Virus record (IMG/VR): IMGVR_UViG_3300029305_005484
Strand: one strand, 5' to 3'
Length of the DNA stretch: 64,000 nt
Source: a virus
Taxonomy: Duplodnaviria; Caudoviricetes
A program made the position numbers and the translations under genes. The notes beneath the pieces are model-generated. The model saw only the letters and a program-made list of their open reading frames with translations. It was not told where the DNA came from and made no database searches. Shown here one piece after another: positions 18,285 to 28,431 of the stretch (position 1 is the first letter of the stretch; each line of letters opens with the position of its first letter).

Positions 18285-18475
18285 ATGTATTTCTAGAGAC
18301 GTTCAAAGGGTCATTGTCTCTAGATGATATACTGAATAAAATTCCTTATAAAACTCTTTTACTTTTAAAAGAAGCAAAAGAGCGTCGCCTGGAAGAACAA
18401 AACAAAGCTCAAGAAGAATTGAGTAAGAAAAGTAAATCACAGAATATTCAAAATCAAATTATGAATATTCGTTAA
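18215..18475 (+). CDS. -1 frame extension (gp51/GT-like), probably reached by frameshift at 18218-18225
   Basis: 86 open codons with no usable start: ...FLETFKGSLSLDDILNKIPYKTLLLLKEAKERRLEEQNK...; the frame opens just before GGTTTTTC. Confidence 0.65.
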   Translation, partial: RGFSTVPGTGEYSNRSRIAAKTLDVFLETFKGSLSLDDILNKIPYKTLLLLKEAKERRLEEQNKAQEELSKKSKSQNIQNQIMNIR

Positions 18476-18506
18476 AATCAAATAAGATGTTGAGGTATAA
18501 AGTAAT

Positions 18507-18821
18507 ATGGAAAGAAGAATGACTACATTCGCAGCATCTATGGTAGGTGATGATATTGACTTACTTTATGATGTGATATGTAAGAAATATAAAAAATTTA
18601 AACTTTTTTATAGACTGGTAGAAGATCTATCAGATTCAATTCAATCTTTAGAATATGAATTTTCCTCAGATACTTCATTAGTTGTCGATATGACAATGGA
18701 AAAAGGGGTAAATCTAAAAGACACCACCAAGTCTTTAAAAAATAAGATTGACTCTACGAGTCTATATACCTGTGACATCGTATCTGAAGGTAAAACAATT
18801 AAAATCAGTATAGAAGCTTAA
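18507..18821 (+). CDS. Hypothetical protein
   Basis: 104-aa ORF, RBS GAGG, terminator at 18833-18870. Confidence 0.7.
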   Translation: MERRMTTFAASMVGDDIDLLYDVICKKYKKFKLFYRLVEDLSDSIQSLEYEFSSDTSLVVDMTMEKGVNLKDTTKSLKNKIDSTSLYTCDIVSEGKTIKISIEA

Positions 18822-18871
18822 AACTTCAAAAAAAAGAAGGATGAGAAATTAATCTCATCCTTCTTTATTTT

Positions 18872-20200
18872 TTAAAGTAAACTTCTCATAAGATCTAGAG
18901 TGTTACGCATTAAACAAATTATTTTTAAAAATGTGTATTTTGGAGGATTTTCACCTTCAAACATTTTTATTGTAATTTCATGTAATGTCAATTTATCAAT
19001 ATATCTTAATTTTATAAATTTGAGAATATCTTCATAAATACCATTACAATTTAAATTTGTGAATACATCTTTTGTTTCGTAAATAGCAGTTATCGCTCTG
19101 ATAATTTTGTAATAATTTTCATCAATATGTAAATTATCTTTTATATAGAAACTGTATTCTTCACATGTTACATCACATAGTAAATTATAAGGAAATGCTG
19201 TATTCTTTATATTTACTTTTGAATACATTAATTCTGTGTCAAATGATTTTAATTTCATTTCTGTTTTAGAACCTTTAAATACGTATAACCTACAAGCAGT
19301 ATATAATAAGTGATATTCTTCATTTGAAAATCCAGGTGATATATACCCAGTATACATTAAAGATTGTAAATGCATATTTGGTACATAACAAGCATTAACA
19401 AAGTCTTCAACTGTTTTAACACCAAATCTATTATGTAATGATAACACCATATGATTTGGAAGACCTAACTCATCAATTAAAGTTTCTGATGCAAATGTGT
19501 CCCACCCAGTTTTTTCTAAAACACCTTGTACTTCTAGTTCTTTCTTATCATTAGACATTAGTTTACCCAAATTCTCTAAATCAAATTTTTCATAAATTTC
19601 CTTATAAGATATAATACCAAGATTTCTAAGATTTAAATATTTTAAATCCATAGTATTCATTTCGTCTGGACAAGTAAAAATCGTATATGGATTTGTATCC
19701 ATACGTTTAGTATATAACGCAATAAAATCTTTTAGAAAATTGATATTTCCTCTTTTAAGTGAATTATGTGGTCTTGTTGTTAAACTAAATCTTTCAACAG
19801 GGAAATTTATGAACTCTTCAAATGTATAATCTTTTAGTTTTGGTGGTTCTGTTGTTAATTTACCATCTTTAACATAATACTTTAAAATAGTAAGTATGTA
19901 TTTTAATCCATTCATCATAACATATGAGATTTTATCATTTTTAATACCTACTATTTTACAGATATCTGGTAAACTCATTTTATATTTATATTGTAATTTG
20001 ATAGTTTTAATTGGAATAGTCCATCCATCTCTAAAATAAGTATCAAGTATTTCTGGTACTAATTCTAAATCAGATTCATTAATTTTATCATTTTTTATTT
20101 TTGTTTCTTCCATAAGTGCCCGATTTAGATTATCTGGAAAATTACTTCTTTTTGCTAAATTTTCTTCCCCTTCGATAAAAGCTGATTTTACATTAGTCAT
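18872..20200 (-). CDS. Protein with RNAP alpha-CTD-like and sigma region-4-like HTH modules
   Basis: PVERFSLTTRPHNSLKRGNI...LRNLGIISYKEI matches the alpha-CTD pattern; IKLQYKYKMSLPDIC and IKLRYIDKLTLHEI are sigma4-like. Confidence 0.65.
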   Translation of the reverse strand: MTNVKSAFIEGEENLAKRSNFPDNLNRALMEETKIKNDKINESDLELVPEILDTYFRDGWTIPIKTIKLQYKYKMSLPDICKIVGIKNDKISYVMMNGLKYILTILKYYVKDGKLTTEPPKLKDYTFEEFINFPVERFSLTTRPHNSLKRGNINFLKDFIALYTKRMDTNPYTIFTCPDEMNTMDLKYLNLRNLGIISYKEIYEKFDLENLGKLMSNDKKELEVQGVLEKTGWDTFASETLIDELGLPNHMVLSLHNRFGVKTVEDFVNACYVPNMHLQSLMYTGYISPGFSNEEYHLLYTACRLYVFKGSKTEMKLKSFDTELMYSKVNIKNTAFPYNLLCDVTCEEYSFYIKDNLHIDENYYKIIRAITAIYETKDVFTNLNCNGIYEDILKFIKLRYIDKLTLHEITIKMFEGENPPKYTFLKIICLMRNTLDLMRSLL

Positions 20201-20266
20201 TTAATTTATACCTCCTTTTTGTATATAAAAATAATATATCATTATTGAATAAAGTAAGGAGCTGAG

Positions 20267-20348
20267 GAACCAATTTTGTTAAGTTAAATTTCTCTAGTTA
20301 TCGATAATTTACGAAGATTACAGAAATCTTACTTAACAAAACTGCAAC
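20267..20348 (+). repeat. 82-bp repeat, copy R7
   Basis: Core ATAATTTACGAAGA. Confidence 0.97.
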
Positions 20349-20678
20349 CAACAAGTTTGGGAAGTATATAGAGACTCATTTATAAGTAAAACTAATGACG
20401 CTAAAGATTATTGTAGATTTTATGTTGCATTTGGACATAGTTATAATGGATATATACGTTCAACAAGTATTAGAATACCTTTTACACATGATGAAGTTAA
20501 CTTAGAATTAGTAGCAATCAATATACCTGGATCCGGTCCAGTTGAACTTGATTATAAATATATAGGACTTGATGAAGTTGGTGGATTCTATATTTATTGT
20601 GATACTGATGGTGCTAATGGGACTGGAGCTATAATAAATAATGTATGTGGTATTGGTATTAGAATAACATGGAAATAG
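20337..20678 (+). CDS. Cassette C7: start-less module (113 aa, no Met), missed by ORF track
   Basis: QNCNQQVWEVYRDSFISKTNDAKDYCRFYVAFG...NNVCGIGIRITWK*. Confidence 0.75.
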   Translation, partial: QNCNQQVWEVYRDSFISKTNDAKDYCRFYVAFGHSYNGYIRSTSIRIPFTHDEVNLELVAINIPGSGPVELDYKYIGLDEVGGFYIYCDTDGANGTGAIINNVCGIGIRITWK

Positions 20679-20687
20679 GAGGGGGAG

Positions 20688-20769
20688 GAACCAATTTTGT
20701 TAAGTTAACTTTCGCTAGTTATCGATAATTTCCTTTGATTACAGAAATCTTACTTAACAAAACTGCAAC
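20688..20769 (+). repeat. 82-bp repeat, copy R8
   Basis: Starts 9 nt after the C7 stop codon. Confidence 0.97.
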
Positions 20770-21141
20770 CAACAAGAACTGTTAGAAAATGTAGCAGACA
20801 TAAATATATTCCACCCATCTTTATATGCGGGTTGGATAAATCTAGGTAATAAGGTTGAATATTGTAAACTTGGAAATATTGTTTTTGTAAGAGGGAATTC
20901 ATTAGGTACAGTTACTATTACTAATGTCTCAACTGAATATACACGTCTTGGAACATTACCGGAAAATTATAGACCAACTAGTGGATTTGTAACAATCGGT
21001 ACAGCACGTAGTATATCTGGTGGATACATACAAATTATGATAGATTACAATGGTAATATTGATGCTGTTGCATTAGGAACAGGTTCAACATCAAGTTACT
21101 GGGGATTTGCAACATCATTCCCTGTATCCATATCATATTAG
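20758..21141 (+). CDS. Cassette C8: start-less RBP head-like module (127 aa), missed by ORF track
   Basis: QNCNQQELLENV...GW...VEYCKLGNIVFVRG...LGTLPENYRPT...SFPVSISY*. Confidence 0.88.
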   Translation, partial: QNCNQQELLENVADINIFHPSLYAGWINLGNKVEYCKLGNIVFVRGNSLGTVTITNVSTEYTRLGTLPENYRPTSGFVTIGTARSISGGYIQIMIDYNGNIDAVALGTGSTSSYWGFATSFPVSISY

Positions 21142-21149
21142 TATATTTT

Positions 21150-21187
21150 AAATAAGATAGGTAGTTAATTCTACCTATCTTATTTTT
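21150..21187. terminator. Terminator directly after cassette C8
   Basis: AATAAGATAGGTAG-ttaatt-CTACCTATCTTATT plus T-run; no convergent gene. Confidence 0.8.
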
Positions 21188-21252
21188 TGCTATAGAAAAT
21201 ACATGGAAAAACATTATGTTAAATTATCAATAAAAGAAAGGAGGGAATACTG

Positions 21253-22614
21253 ATGTCTCTTGTTAATGAAATTTTTTCACTTGCAAGAAAGGGTAGAAAC
21301 TTGGCACAGGATTTAGATGAGCTTAAAAGTTTAAATACCCAAAGCATCTCACGTAGAGCTAAAGGCACTACATGTCAATTCCCATCTATTGTGGCAGATT
21401 CTATTCCACTTTCAATGGCATCTGTCATCACAAAAAATATGGATAGAGTTTATGCATCATTCGTTCAAACTGTTATCGCTTCTAATCCACTTATTGATAT
21501 TACTATTGACAGAAGTCCTCTTGATTATATGAAGAGACTTCATCAAAATATCAAGTTAGAATCAGTTATTGATGAGGATGCATTAAATCGAAAAAATGAA
21601 GAACGTGCTCAATTACGTTCATTTATGGAATCAGAATGCCCTAATCTTTCTGTACCTGATGATATGTACGAGACTATTATGGAACGTGTATATGATGGAG
21701 ATTATAAATTATATGTAAGTCCTGATTTCATGTTCGCTGTTGCATTCAAAGAATCAGTTATTAATTCTGATGTAATGGAATCTAATAAAGAGCAATTTGA
21801 AGATCATTTAGCAAAATTTGATCTTAAACCATTCCCTATTACAGAAGCTAAAAAAGATGATATGAAGAAAGATATTCTTCGCAGTATCGTTGATAACGCT
21901 AATAAATCAGAATCACAAGAAACTGCATTCAAAACAACTAAGGAATTAAATACTCCTAGAATGGTTGATAGAGATGCAAAGAGAGTAAACGAATTACAAC
22001 CATATGGATTATCTGTAAGACTTATGGCTGTTAATGATAAAAAAGAGTTTGTTCAATATATCGACTTTATTGTAGGTATTAAAACAATTCTTCATGTTAC
22101 AAAATCAAGAGAGATTGTAAATGCAATTGGTAATGTATTAAAGAATCGCAATGCTATGTTTAACTTTATTCGTTGGACTACTGGTGAGATTTCTTTTATC
22201 AAAGATTTACTATTACATGTAGATGACATTAAACTTGACACATCTTATAAGTCAAGAGGAATGTCACCATTTTTACCAACTCTTAAACGTCTGAAAGAAA
22301 AGAAAGTTAATCTTTCAAGTTCAGGAATTAACAAGTTGGTTCCTAATGCTACATTAGTAGTTTCATCATTTGAAGTTGAAGATATTAAATCTGAGTTTGG
22401 ATTTGATATTCGTGATACTTACTTTGCTAAGAAAATTATTAAAGAATTATTCTTACTTGCATTTATTATTGTAGATGAAGGGTCAGAAACAATTGATATC
22501 CTTTATGAAGGTTCAGATTCATTTGAAACTTATACTCTTGAAACTCTTGAACGCGAAGTTTCATTATCTTCTAATAAGTTAGGTAAAGAAATTGGTCGTA
22601 TGATTTCTCAGTAA
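21253..22614 (+). CDS. Probable virion/head protein
   Basis: Late motif at 21210; first gene of a structural operon; KLES, FMES, FKES, ITEA motifs. Confidence 0.6.
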   Translation: MSLVNEIFSLARKGRNLAQDLDELKSLNTQSISRRAKGTTCQFPSIVADSIPLSMASVITKNMDRVYASFVQTVIASNPLIDITIDRSPLDYMKRLHQNIKLESVIDEDALNRKNEERAQLRSFMESECPNLSVPDDMYETIMERVYDGDYKLYVSPDFMFAVAFKESVINSDVMESNKEQFEDHLAKFDLKPFPITEAKKDDMKKDILRSIVDNANKSESQETAFKTTKELNTPRMVDRDAKRVNELQPYGLSVRLMAVNDKKEFVQYIDFIVGIKTILHVTKSREIVNAIGNVLKNRNAMFNFIRWTTGEISFIKDLLLHVDDIKLDTSYKSRGMSPFLPTLKRLKEKKVNLSSSGINKLVPNATLVVSSFEVEDIKSEFGFDIRDTYFAKKIIKELFLLAFIIVDEGSETIDILYEGSDSFETYTLETLEREVSLSSNKLGKEIGRMISQ

Positions 22615-22638
22615 TATTTACAGAAAGGATTTAAAACA

Positions 22639-23646
22639 ATGGGTGTTAATTACGATTTATTTATGGAAGCATCCCAAATCTTAGCAGAATCCGATAATTC
22701 TGTAAAACTTGAGGATGTTAGAGCAGTATTAGAGGATACACAATCCCCTATTACAAATAAATATATTGAAAACTTGTATAGTCAAGTTATTTCAAAGAAC
22801 CACATTGATTTTGATGATATCCCTAATTCAAAAGGTGATATCACTAAATATTCAGGGTATCAATCTATGATTGATACATTAAATATTGCGAAATCAATTG
22901 CTGAAGCTGAAAAAGTTAAAGATGTTAATAATGCTGTAGATGTAGCATTAACAGCTATAACCAATGTAAGAAACCTTGGTGATTTATATGGAGCAGGATT
23001 TAAGAACAAAAATAACTATGTTATGACAGAATATAATATGTTTGTATATTGCTGTGTTGAAGCTGTTTCAAGTATTTTATCTGAATTTGTTGAATTTGCT
23101 AAAGGTATTAGTATGGATACATATCAGATTAAACTTAGAAATACTAAGTATCATGCAAACTTATTTTATATTGAGCAATTAGATAAGTTCAATAAAATCA
23201 ATGCTGTCGGAAATTACAGAAATTATTTACAATCAGTTCTTAACAAAGACCAGAATAATTTTATTGGAGCAACAGGTGTTGGAATTGCTACAGTAGCAAT
23301 CACTGTTTTACTTGCAGTTTTACCTGTTACTAGAGCTTTGGTTTACCAAGGTTATAAAATGAGAACAAAGTTATCTGATGCACTTGCACTTCAAGCTTAT
23401 TTCTTAGAGTTAAATAAGACTTGTATTGAATCAAATAGTTCATTCGATTCTAAGAAAAAGGAAAAAATCTTAAGAAAACAAGAATCAATTCGTACTTTAT
23501 TCTTAAGATTATCAGATAAACTTAAAGTTGATGTAGCAAGATCTGTGAGAGATTCTGCTATTGAAAGAAAGAAAGATAATGCAACTCTCACACTTGGAGA
23601 TACTCGTAAACAAATCGATGAAGCTCCATATGATATTTTATTATAG
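22639..23646 (+). CDS. Probable virion protein with hydrophobic segment
   Basis: FMEA and LAES near N-terminus; GVGIATVAITVLLAVLPV segment. Confidence 0.6.
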   Translation: MGVNYDLFMEASQILAESDNSVKLEDVRAVLEDTQSPITNKYIENLYSQVISKNHIDFDDIPNSKGDITKYSGYQSMIDTLNIAKSIAEAEKVKDVNNAVDVALTAITNVRNLGDLYGAGFKNKNNYVMTEYNMFVYCCVEAVSSILSEFVEFAKGISMDTYQIKLRNTKYHANLFYIEQLDKFNKINAVGNYRNYLQSVLNKDQNNFIGATGVGIATVAITVLLAVLPVTRALVYQGYKMRTKLSDALALQAYFLELNKTCIESNSSFDSKKKEKILRKQESIRTLFLRLSDKLKVDVARSVRDSAIERKKDNATLTLGDTRKQIDEAPYDILL

Positions 23647-23658
23647 GGGGTTGAAATC

Positions 23659-24345
23659 ATGGAACCAAAAATTATTTTAAATATAGATGAGTTTCTTGAG
23701 AATCTTAAATCTCCATGCGTTCAATTAACAGAGCATATTTGTAGATTCAATAGTGCTTCAGAATGCATTGAAGAATATAAGAACTTTTTCGATTTAATCG
23801 AAACTGCTCATAGAAACTTCTTCACAAATGAAATTGCCGGAAGAGCAATTAAACTCCTTTATGATAGAGATCAGACACAGTCAGTAATGTGTATGTCATT
23901 TCATTATGCTTTAGATCAGTATAATGAATATCTTAATGGAATGAAAAAATACGTAGAAGAATCAAGAAATAGACAACTTGATGAACAAGAAAAAACCAAA
24001 GTAGTGGAAACTATTGAGGATATTATTATGAAGGATAAAGACTTTATTCAAGGTTTATTCCGATTCGGTGATAATAAACATAATGAAGAAAGATTGATGC
24101 CTTTAAGTGATGCAATGAATAACATTGTATGTCTTTTTAAAATCAAAGATATTGCACTTAAATTCAGAGAAGAGACTTATACAGACTCACCATTTGACAT
24201 GCTCTATATGCATTCAAAAGTTTACATGGTATATACAGCATTTGTTGGTGTATGTAAACAAGTTAAACGAATCGTAGATCAAATTAATGGTGATGTTGCT
24301 GGTGAAGAACAAGTTTCTGATAAACCAAGATATGCAGTATTTTAG
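23659..24345 (+). CDS. Hypothetical protein in structural operon
   Basis: ORF with RBS. Confidence 0.65.
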   Translation: MEPKIILNIDEFLENLKSPCVQLTEHICRFNSASECIEEYKNFFDLIETAHRNFFTNEIAGRAIKLLYDRDQTQSVMCMSFHYALDQYNEYLNGMKKYVEESRNRQLDEQEKTKVVETIEDIIMKDKDFIQGLFRFGDNKHNEERLMPLSDAMNNIVCLFKIKDIALKFREETYTDSPFDMLYMHSKVYMVYTAFVGVCKQVKRIVDQINGDVAGEEQVSDKPRYAVF

Positions 24346-24371
24346 AATATAAAGAAAGGGCGTAAAATAAA

Positions 24372-25571
24372 ATGAATAGTATTCTTTTTGTGGAGAGTAT
24401 TACCATTGAAGTTAACTCCCTTTTTGAAGAGTGTGACAGAACCGTCGCTTATGCAAATGCTAGATTTTTAGAATCAGAAAATTGTTTCTTTATGGAGTCT
24501 AGTGAATCAGGTGGCGGTTTAGTCGGATTCTTGAAAAGAGTTCTCGGTGGAATTAGAAAATTAGTCTCCGATTCAATGAAAAAACTTAAAAGCATCTTAT
24601 TTGGTGCTGAAGTTAAAGAAGAATGTGAGAATGAAAAAATCGAAGGTCGTGACGTTAATGCATTAACAAAATTCGTTAATGGTTACTACAAAGATGCATC
24701 TGACGTTCTTAAAAAAGCTAAAAAAGGTGAACTCTCTGTAGAAGATGCTAAGAGATTCACAGATCAAAAAGATAGTGCTTTAAGTGCTATAGGAACAGTT
24801 GTTACAACTGTTGGTGCTTTAATAGGTGGCTCAAAACTTATCGAAAAAACCATGGGTTCATGGAATAGAGAACTTGATGAAATGTATAATACACTAGAAG
24901 TTGATGTAGATGGTGAAAAAGTAAATCTTGCACATGGAGCATCACTTAAATATACAAAAACAGCAAGTCCAGAAGGTAGAAGAGATGTAGCTAATGAAGC
25001 AGTAAAAATTATTACAAATCATATGTCAGAAACATCAAAAGGTGTTTTAGGTATGATATTTGATATCCCTAAAAAACTTTATGCTAAAAACTATGTTAAA
25101 GCTCGTTTAGAAAGGGATGAAGAGAGATTAACAACTAAAAAAGGTCAGAAAGAAATGCGTAAAGAAGCAAAAGAACGTGTTAAATCAACTGACAGAGAAG
25201 TTGCTAGAATTGAGGATGAAACAAGACGTATTAAACAGGCTGAAGGTGTTCTTGGAAAAATTTCTGCTTCTGATGCTCAGAATAAAGCAAGAAAACAAAA
25301 AGCTGCTTCAGAACGTTGGACTGATGTTGATGGTCCTCATGATAAATCAGATTTAACCCGTGATAATTATACAACAGGTCAATCTGCAGTTGATGCTACT
25401 AAAGCTACAGCTGGAGATATTAAAGCTGGTGTACAGAGAATGGGTAGAAGTTTATTTAGAAATAATAAACGAATTTATGGTGGGAAAAAATCTAAAGACT
25501 CTGATATTGAAATTCATGATATCGATGATGAAAATTTAGGAAAATCCTACTCGAAACATAAAAAGAAATAA
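24372..25571 (+). CDS. Probable head-internal protein
   Basis: FVES, FLES, FMES propeptide followed by an amphipathic helix. Confidence 0.6.
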   Translation: MNSILFVESITIEVNSLFEECDRTVAYANARFLESENCFFMESSESGGGLVGFLKRVLGGIRKLVSDSMKKLKSILFGAEVKEECENEKIEGRDVNALTKFVNGYYKDASDVLKKAKKGELSVEDAKRFTDQKDSALSAIGTVVTTVGALIGGSKLIEKTMGSWNRELDEMYNTLEVDVDGEKVNLAHGASLKYTKTASPEGRRDVANEAVKIITNHMSETSKGVLGMIFDIPKKLYAKNYVKARLERDEERLTTKKGQKEMRKEAKERVKSTDREVARIEDETRRIKQAEGVLGKISASDAQNKARKQKAASERWTDVDGPHDKSDLTRDNYTTGQSAVDATKATAGDIKAGVQRMGRSLFRNNKRIYGGKKSKDSDIEIHDIDDENLGKSYSKHKKK

Positions 25572-25585
25572 GGAGAAATAAAATC

Positions 25586-26521
25586 ATGGTAAACGTTTTT
25601 ACAATGGATGAAATCGGTAGAGAGTTTGCAATTGCAGAAAAAGCATATGATATTGCTATGGCTGAAGTTGCATTCATAGAATCAATGATTGATTCTCGTC
25701 TTAAAATTAATAAAGCAAAAAGTGAACTTAAAGTAATGACTGAGTCTACAGAAGATACATGTACTGGAGATTTGGCTTACTTATTCAATGAAGCAGCAAA
25801 AGATGCTGAAGCTTCAGGTGAAGGAATCTTCACTAAAGTTAAAAATGCTGTTGTTAATTTCTTTGTATCTACATGGAATACAATCCAAAAGATTTTTACA
25901 AAGAAAGATACAGAAACATATAAAAGGATTAAAGGTTCTAAATCAGTTGTCAAACTTCCAATGAATGCAAAATTCTTTGCAAATGTTGGTGATGCAGTTT
26001 GTGGATCTGCAGCTGATGGAAAAACAACTGGTGAAAAAGTTGGTGCTGTAGCAAAAATTCTTGGAATTACAACTGCAGCTGGTGTTGGATTTATTGGTAC
26101 AGTTAAACTTATCAAAGATAAGTTACAAAAAGAAGCGACAACTGAAACAGAACTTACAGAGGATGAAGCTCTTACAGTAATGGAAAAACTTCAGAATATT
26201 TTTGGTAAGTTTATCCAGCCTATCAAGAATTTCAAAGATTCCGATGATAAAGAAGAACCTGGTTTTGCTGCAAAATTACTTAACTTATTTGGTGATTTTG
26301 GTAAATATATCAAATCAGCGATTGATAAAATCAGAACTGCACTTAAAATTGGTGTAAATGAAACTCATGATGCACCTAAGGTACCAGATGAAGCATTTGC
26401 TGAAGGTGTTGTTGATAAAATTAAAGATGGATTAACTGGTAAAAACAAAATTAAGGTTGAAGAACCTGATCTTGATGATCCAGATGATAATCCAGCAAAA
26501 GATACATCACACAAAAAATAA
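25586..26521 (+). CDS. Probable head-internal protein
   Basis: FIES, MTES, FNEA followed by IFTKVKNAVVNFF helix. Confidence 0.6.
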   Translation: MVNVFTMDEIGREFAIAEKAYDIAMAEVAFIESMIDSRLKINKAKSELKVMTESTEDTCTGDLAYLFNEAAKDAEASGEGIFTKVKNAVVNFFVSTWNTIQKIFTKKDTETYKRIKGSKSVVKLPMNAKFFANVGDAVCGSAADGKTTGEKVGAVAKILGITTAAGVGFIGTVKLIKDKLQKEATTETELTEDEALTVMEKLQNIFGKFIQPIKNFKDSDDKEEPGFAAKLLNLFGDFGKYIKSAIDKIRTALKIGVNETHDAPKVPDEAFAEGVVDKIKDGLTGKNKIKVEEPDLDDPDDNPAKDTSHKK

Positions 26522-26537
26522 TTAAAGGTGATTAACA

Positions 26538-27353
26538 ATGGACGCAATTTTTCAATGTAACTCAAATTACATGGAAGAACCTTTTAAAAGGTTTGATTCT
26601 TATATGGAAAACGCGTCTCTTCAATTAAGAATAGAACTTGAGGAGTATGTAGAATCCACTATTGAATCCTCAGGTTCTATTTTTGTATCTGAGAGCGTTA
26701 ATGATTATCTGACAAAAATAAAAAATGCTATTAAATTACTTATTGAAAGATTAAAAGAGTTTATTCAAGATACAAAAAATAACCTTAATAAATTTAAAGC
26801 TGATAAAGAGTTTGAAAGAAAACTTGACAAATTATCATCAATTATCACAAGAGATGAAAAACTTAAATCTATTAAGATTAAATATAAAGATAAAACTCCT
26901 ATTAGAAAATTCATTAAGAATGAAAAAGAAGCATTAAAACGATTAGTCAGAAAACCAGGGACTAAAGTTGATGAACTTAAACTATTTATGAAACGATATA
27001 GAGAAAGTTTATCTAAAAAAGAAAAAACTGATATTATATTAGCAACTGTATCATTAGGAACAATTTGTTTTTATCCATTTTTAAAAGGTTTCAGAGATGC
27101 AATCAATGATGAATTGGATGAAGCAATTGATGAAATAAAAGATACTGAAAACTCTAATATTATTCAGTTTCCTGTAAAAGAATCTGAATCTACAGAACTT
27201 ACGAAAGAACAAATTGAAATTTATTCATTATATGTCAGATTTGATATTGAAATGAGTAATGATTTAGTTGAACTTTCTAAAGAACGAATCAAAGATTTAG
27301 AATCTTTAGTTTCGGAAGCAGAAACTAAAATAAATGAGTTTTTAAAAGAGTAA
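26538..27353 (+). CDS. Probable head-internal protein
   Basis: YVES, TIES, VSES followed by LTKIKNAIKLLIERL helix. Confidence 0.6.
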   Translation: MDAIFQCNSNYMEEPFKRFDSYMENASLQLRIELEEYVESTIESSGSIFVSESVNDYLTKIKNAIKLLIERLKEFIQDTKNNLNKFKADKEFERKLDKLSSIITRDEKLKSIKIKYKDKTPIRKFIKNEKEALKRLVRKPGTKVDELKLFMKRYRESLSKKEKTDIILATVSLGTICFYPFLKGFRDAINDELDEAIDEIKDTENSNIIQFPVKESESTELTKEQIEIYSLYVRFDIEMSNDLVELSKERIKDLESLVSEAETKINEFLKE

Positions 27354-27359
27354 GGAGAG

Positions 27360-28334
27360 ATGGAAATAATGGAACAAGTTTTAACATTACAAGAGGAATC
27401 TCTGTTTACATCTCTTGAATCTAGTATTAATATTATATATGATAATTTGAAATTATGGAATAAGTATGATACCATTTTAGCACTTGAATCGTCAGATGAT
27501 AAAAAAGATGGATTGATTTATAAAATAATTGAAACCATTAAAAATATCATTAAAGAGTGTAAACGTATTATAGTTAAGACCGTATCATCAATTGATAATC
27601 ATATTAGATATGGATTACTTAGTAAAAAGAGAAAAGAAGAATTTAAAAAATTTGAATCGTATATTGCTGCTAATCCTGCAGTAAAGAACAAAAAAGTTAC
27701 TGTAAAAGATTGGCAACGTATAATACGAGAATATGATAAAGTAGAAAAAGAAATTTTAAAAGCAATGAATGATAATAAAGTAGATGCTAAAGGATTAAAT
27801 CTTAAAGCAAATGAATTACTTAGTAATTTATCATCAGTTGCAAATTCTGCTACAGCTGCATTAACTGTAGATTTATGTATGGTTTTAGCTAGAAAATCAC
27901 CAGAGATGGCAAAAGTAGTTGAGACCGGACTTAATAATTGTAGTGCAGCTATCGAAAACATTGAAAGAGAACTCGGTTCTTCTGAAGCTATGAAACTACA
28001 GAAAAACGTTCACAAATTAACTAAAGAAAGTACTGGTCAAAGAATACTTGCTCAATTATTTCAAAGAAAAGAAAAAACTATTCTTGAATGTGTTGAAGAG
28101 GTAGGTTCTGAACTTTCTAAATTAATGAGTGGAGATGCTACTTTTACTGATAAAGCAAAAGCTGCTGTAGAGCATAGAAGTTTGATAAGAACTGGTGCTA
28201 AATCATATGTTAAAAATGAAGGTACAAGAAAAGGTGTAAAAGCAATTCTTGGTACTAAAAAGCAACTCGAAAATGATGAGAATGTCCAGTCGATAGTTAA
28301 GAATGTAAAGGAATTTATCAAACCAACAGTCTAG
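27360..28334 (+). CDS. Probable head-internal protein
   Basis: SLES, ALES followed by IYKIIETIKNII helix. Confidence 0.6.
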   Translation: MEIMEQVLTLQEESLFTSLESSINIIYDNLKLWNKYDTILALESSDDKKDGLIYKIIETIKNIIKECKRIIVKTVSSIDNHIRYGLLSKKRKEEFKKFESYIAANPAVKNKKVTVKDWQRIIREYDKVEKEILKAMNDNKVDAKGLNLKANELLSNLSSVANSATAALTVDLCMVLARKSPEMAKVVETGLNNCSAAIENIERELGSSEAMKLQKNVHKLTKESTGQRILAQLFQRKEKTILECVEEVGSELSKLMSGDATFTDKAKAAVEHRSLIRTGAKSYVKNEGTRKGVKAILGTKKQLENDENVQSIVKNVKEFIKPTV

Positions 28335-28431
28335 ATTTATCGACATTTCTCGGTAATTAAAAAGATACAAAGAAACAATTCTCTAAGAATTTAAAAGAAA
28401 ACGAAATAGGAAAGGTAGGTAAATTTAGGAC

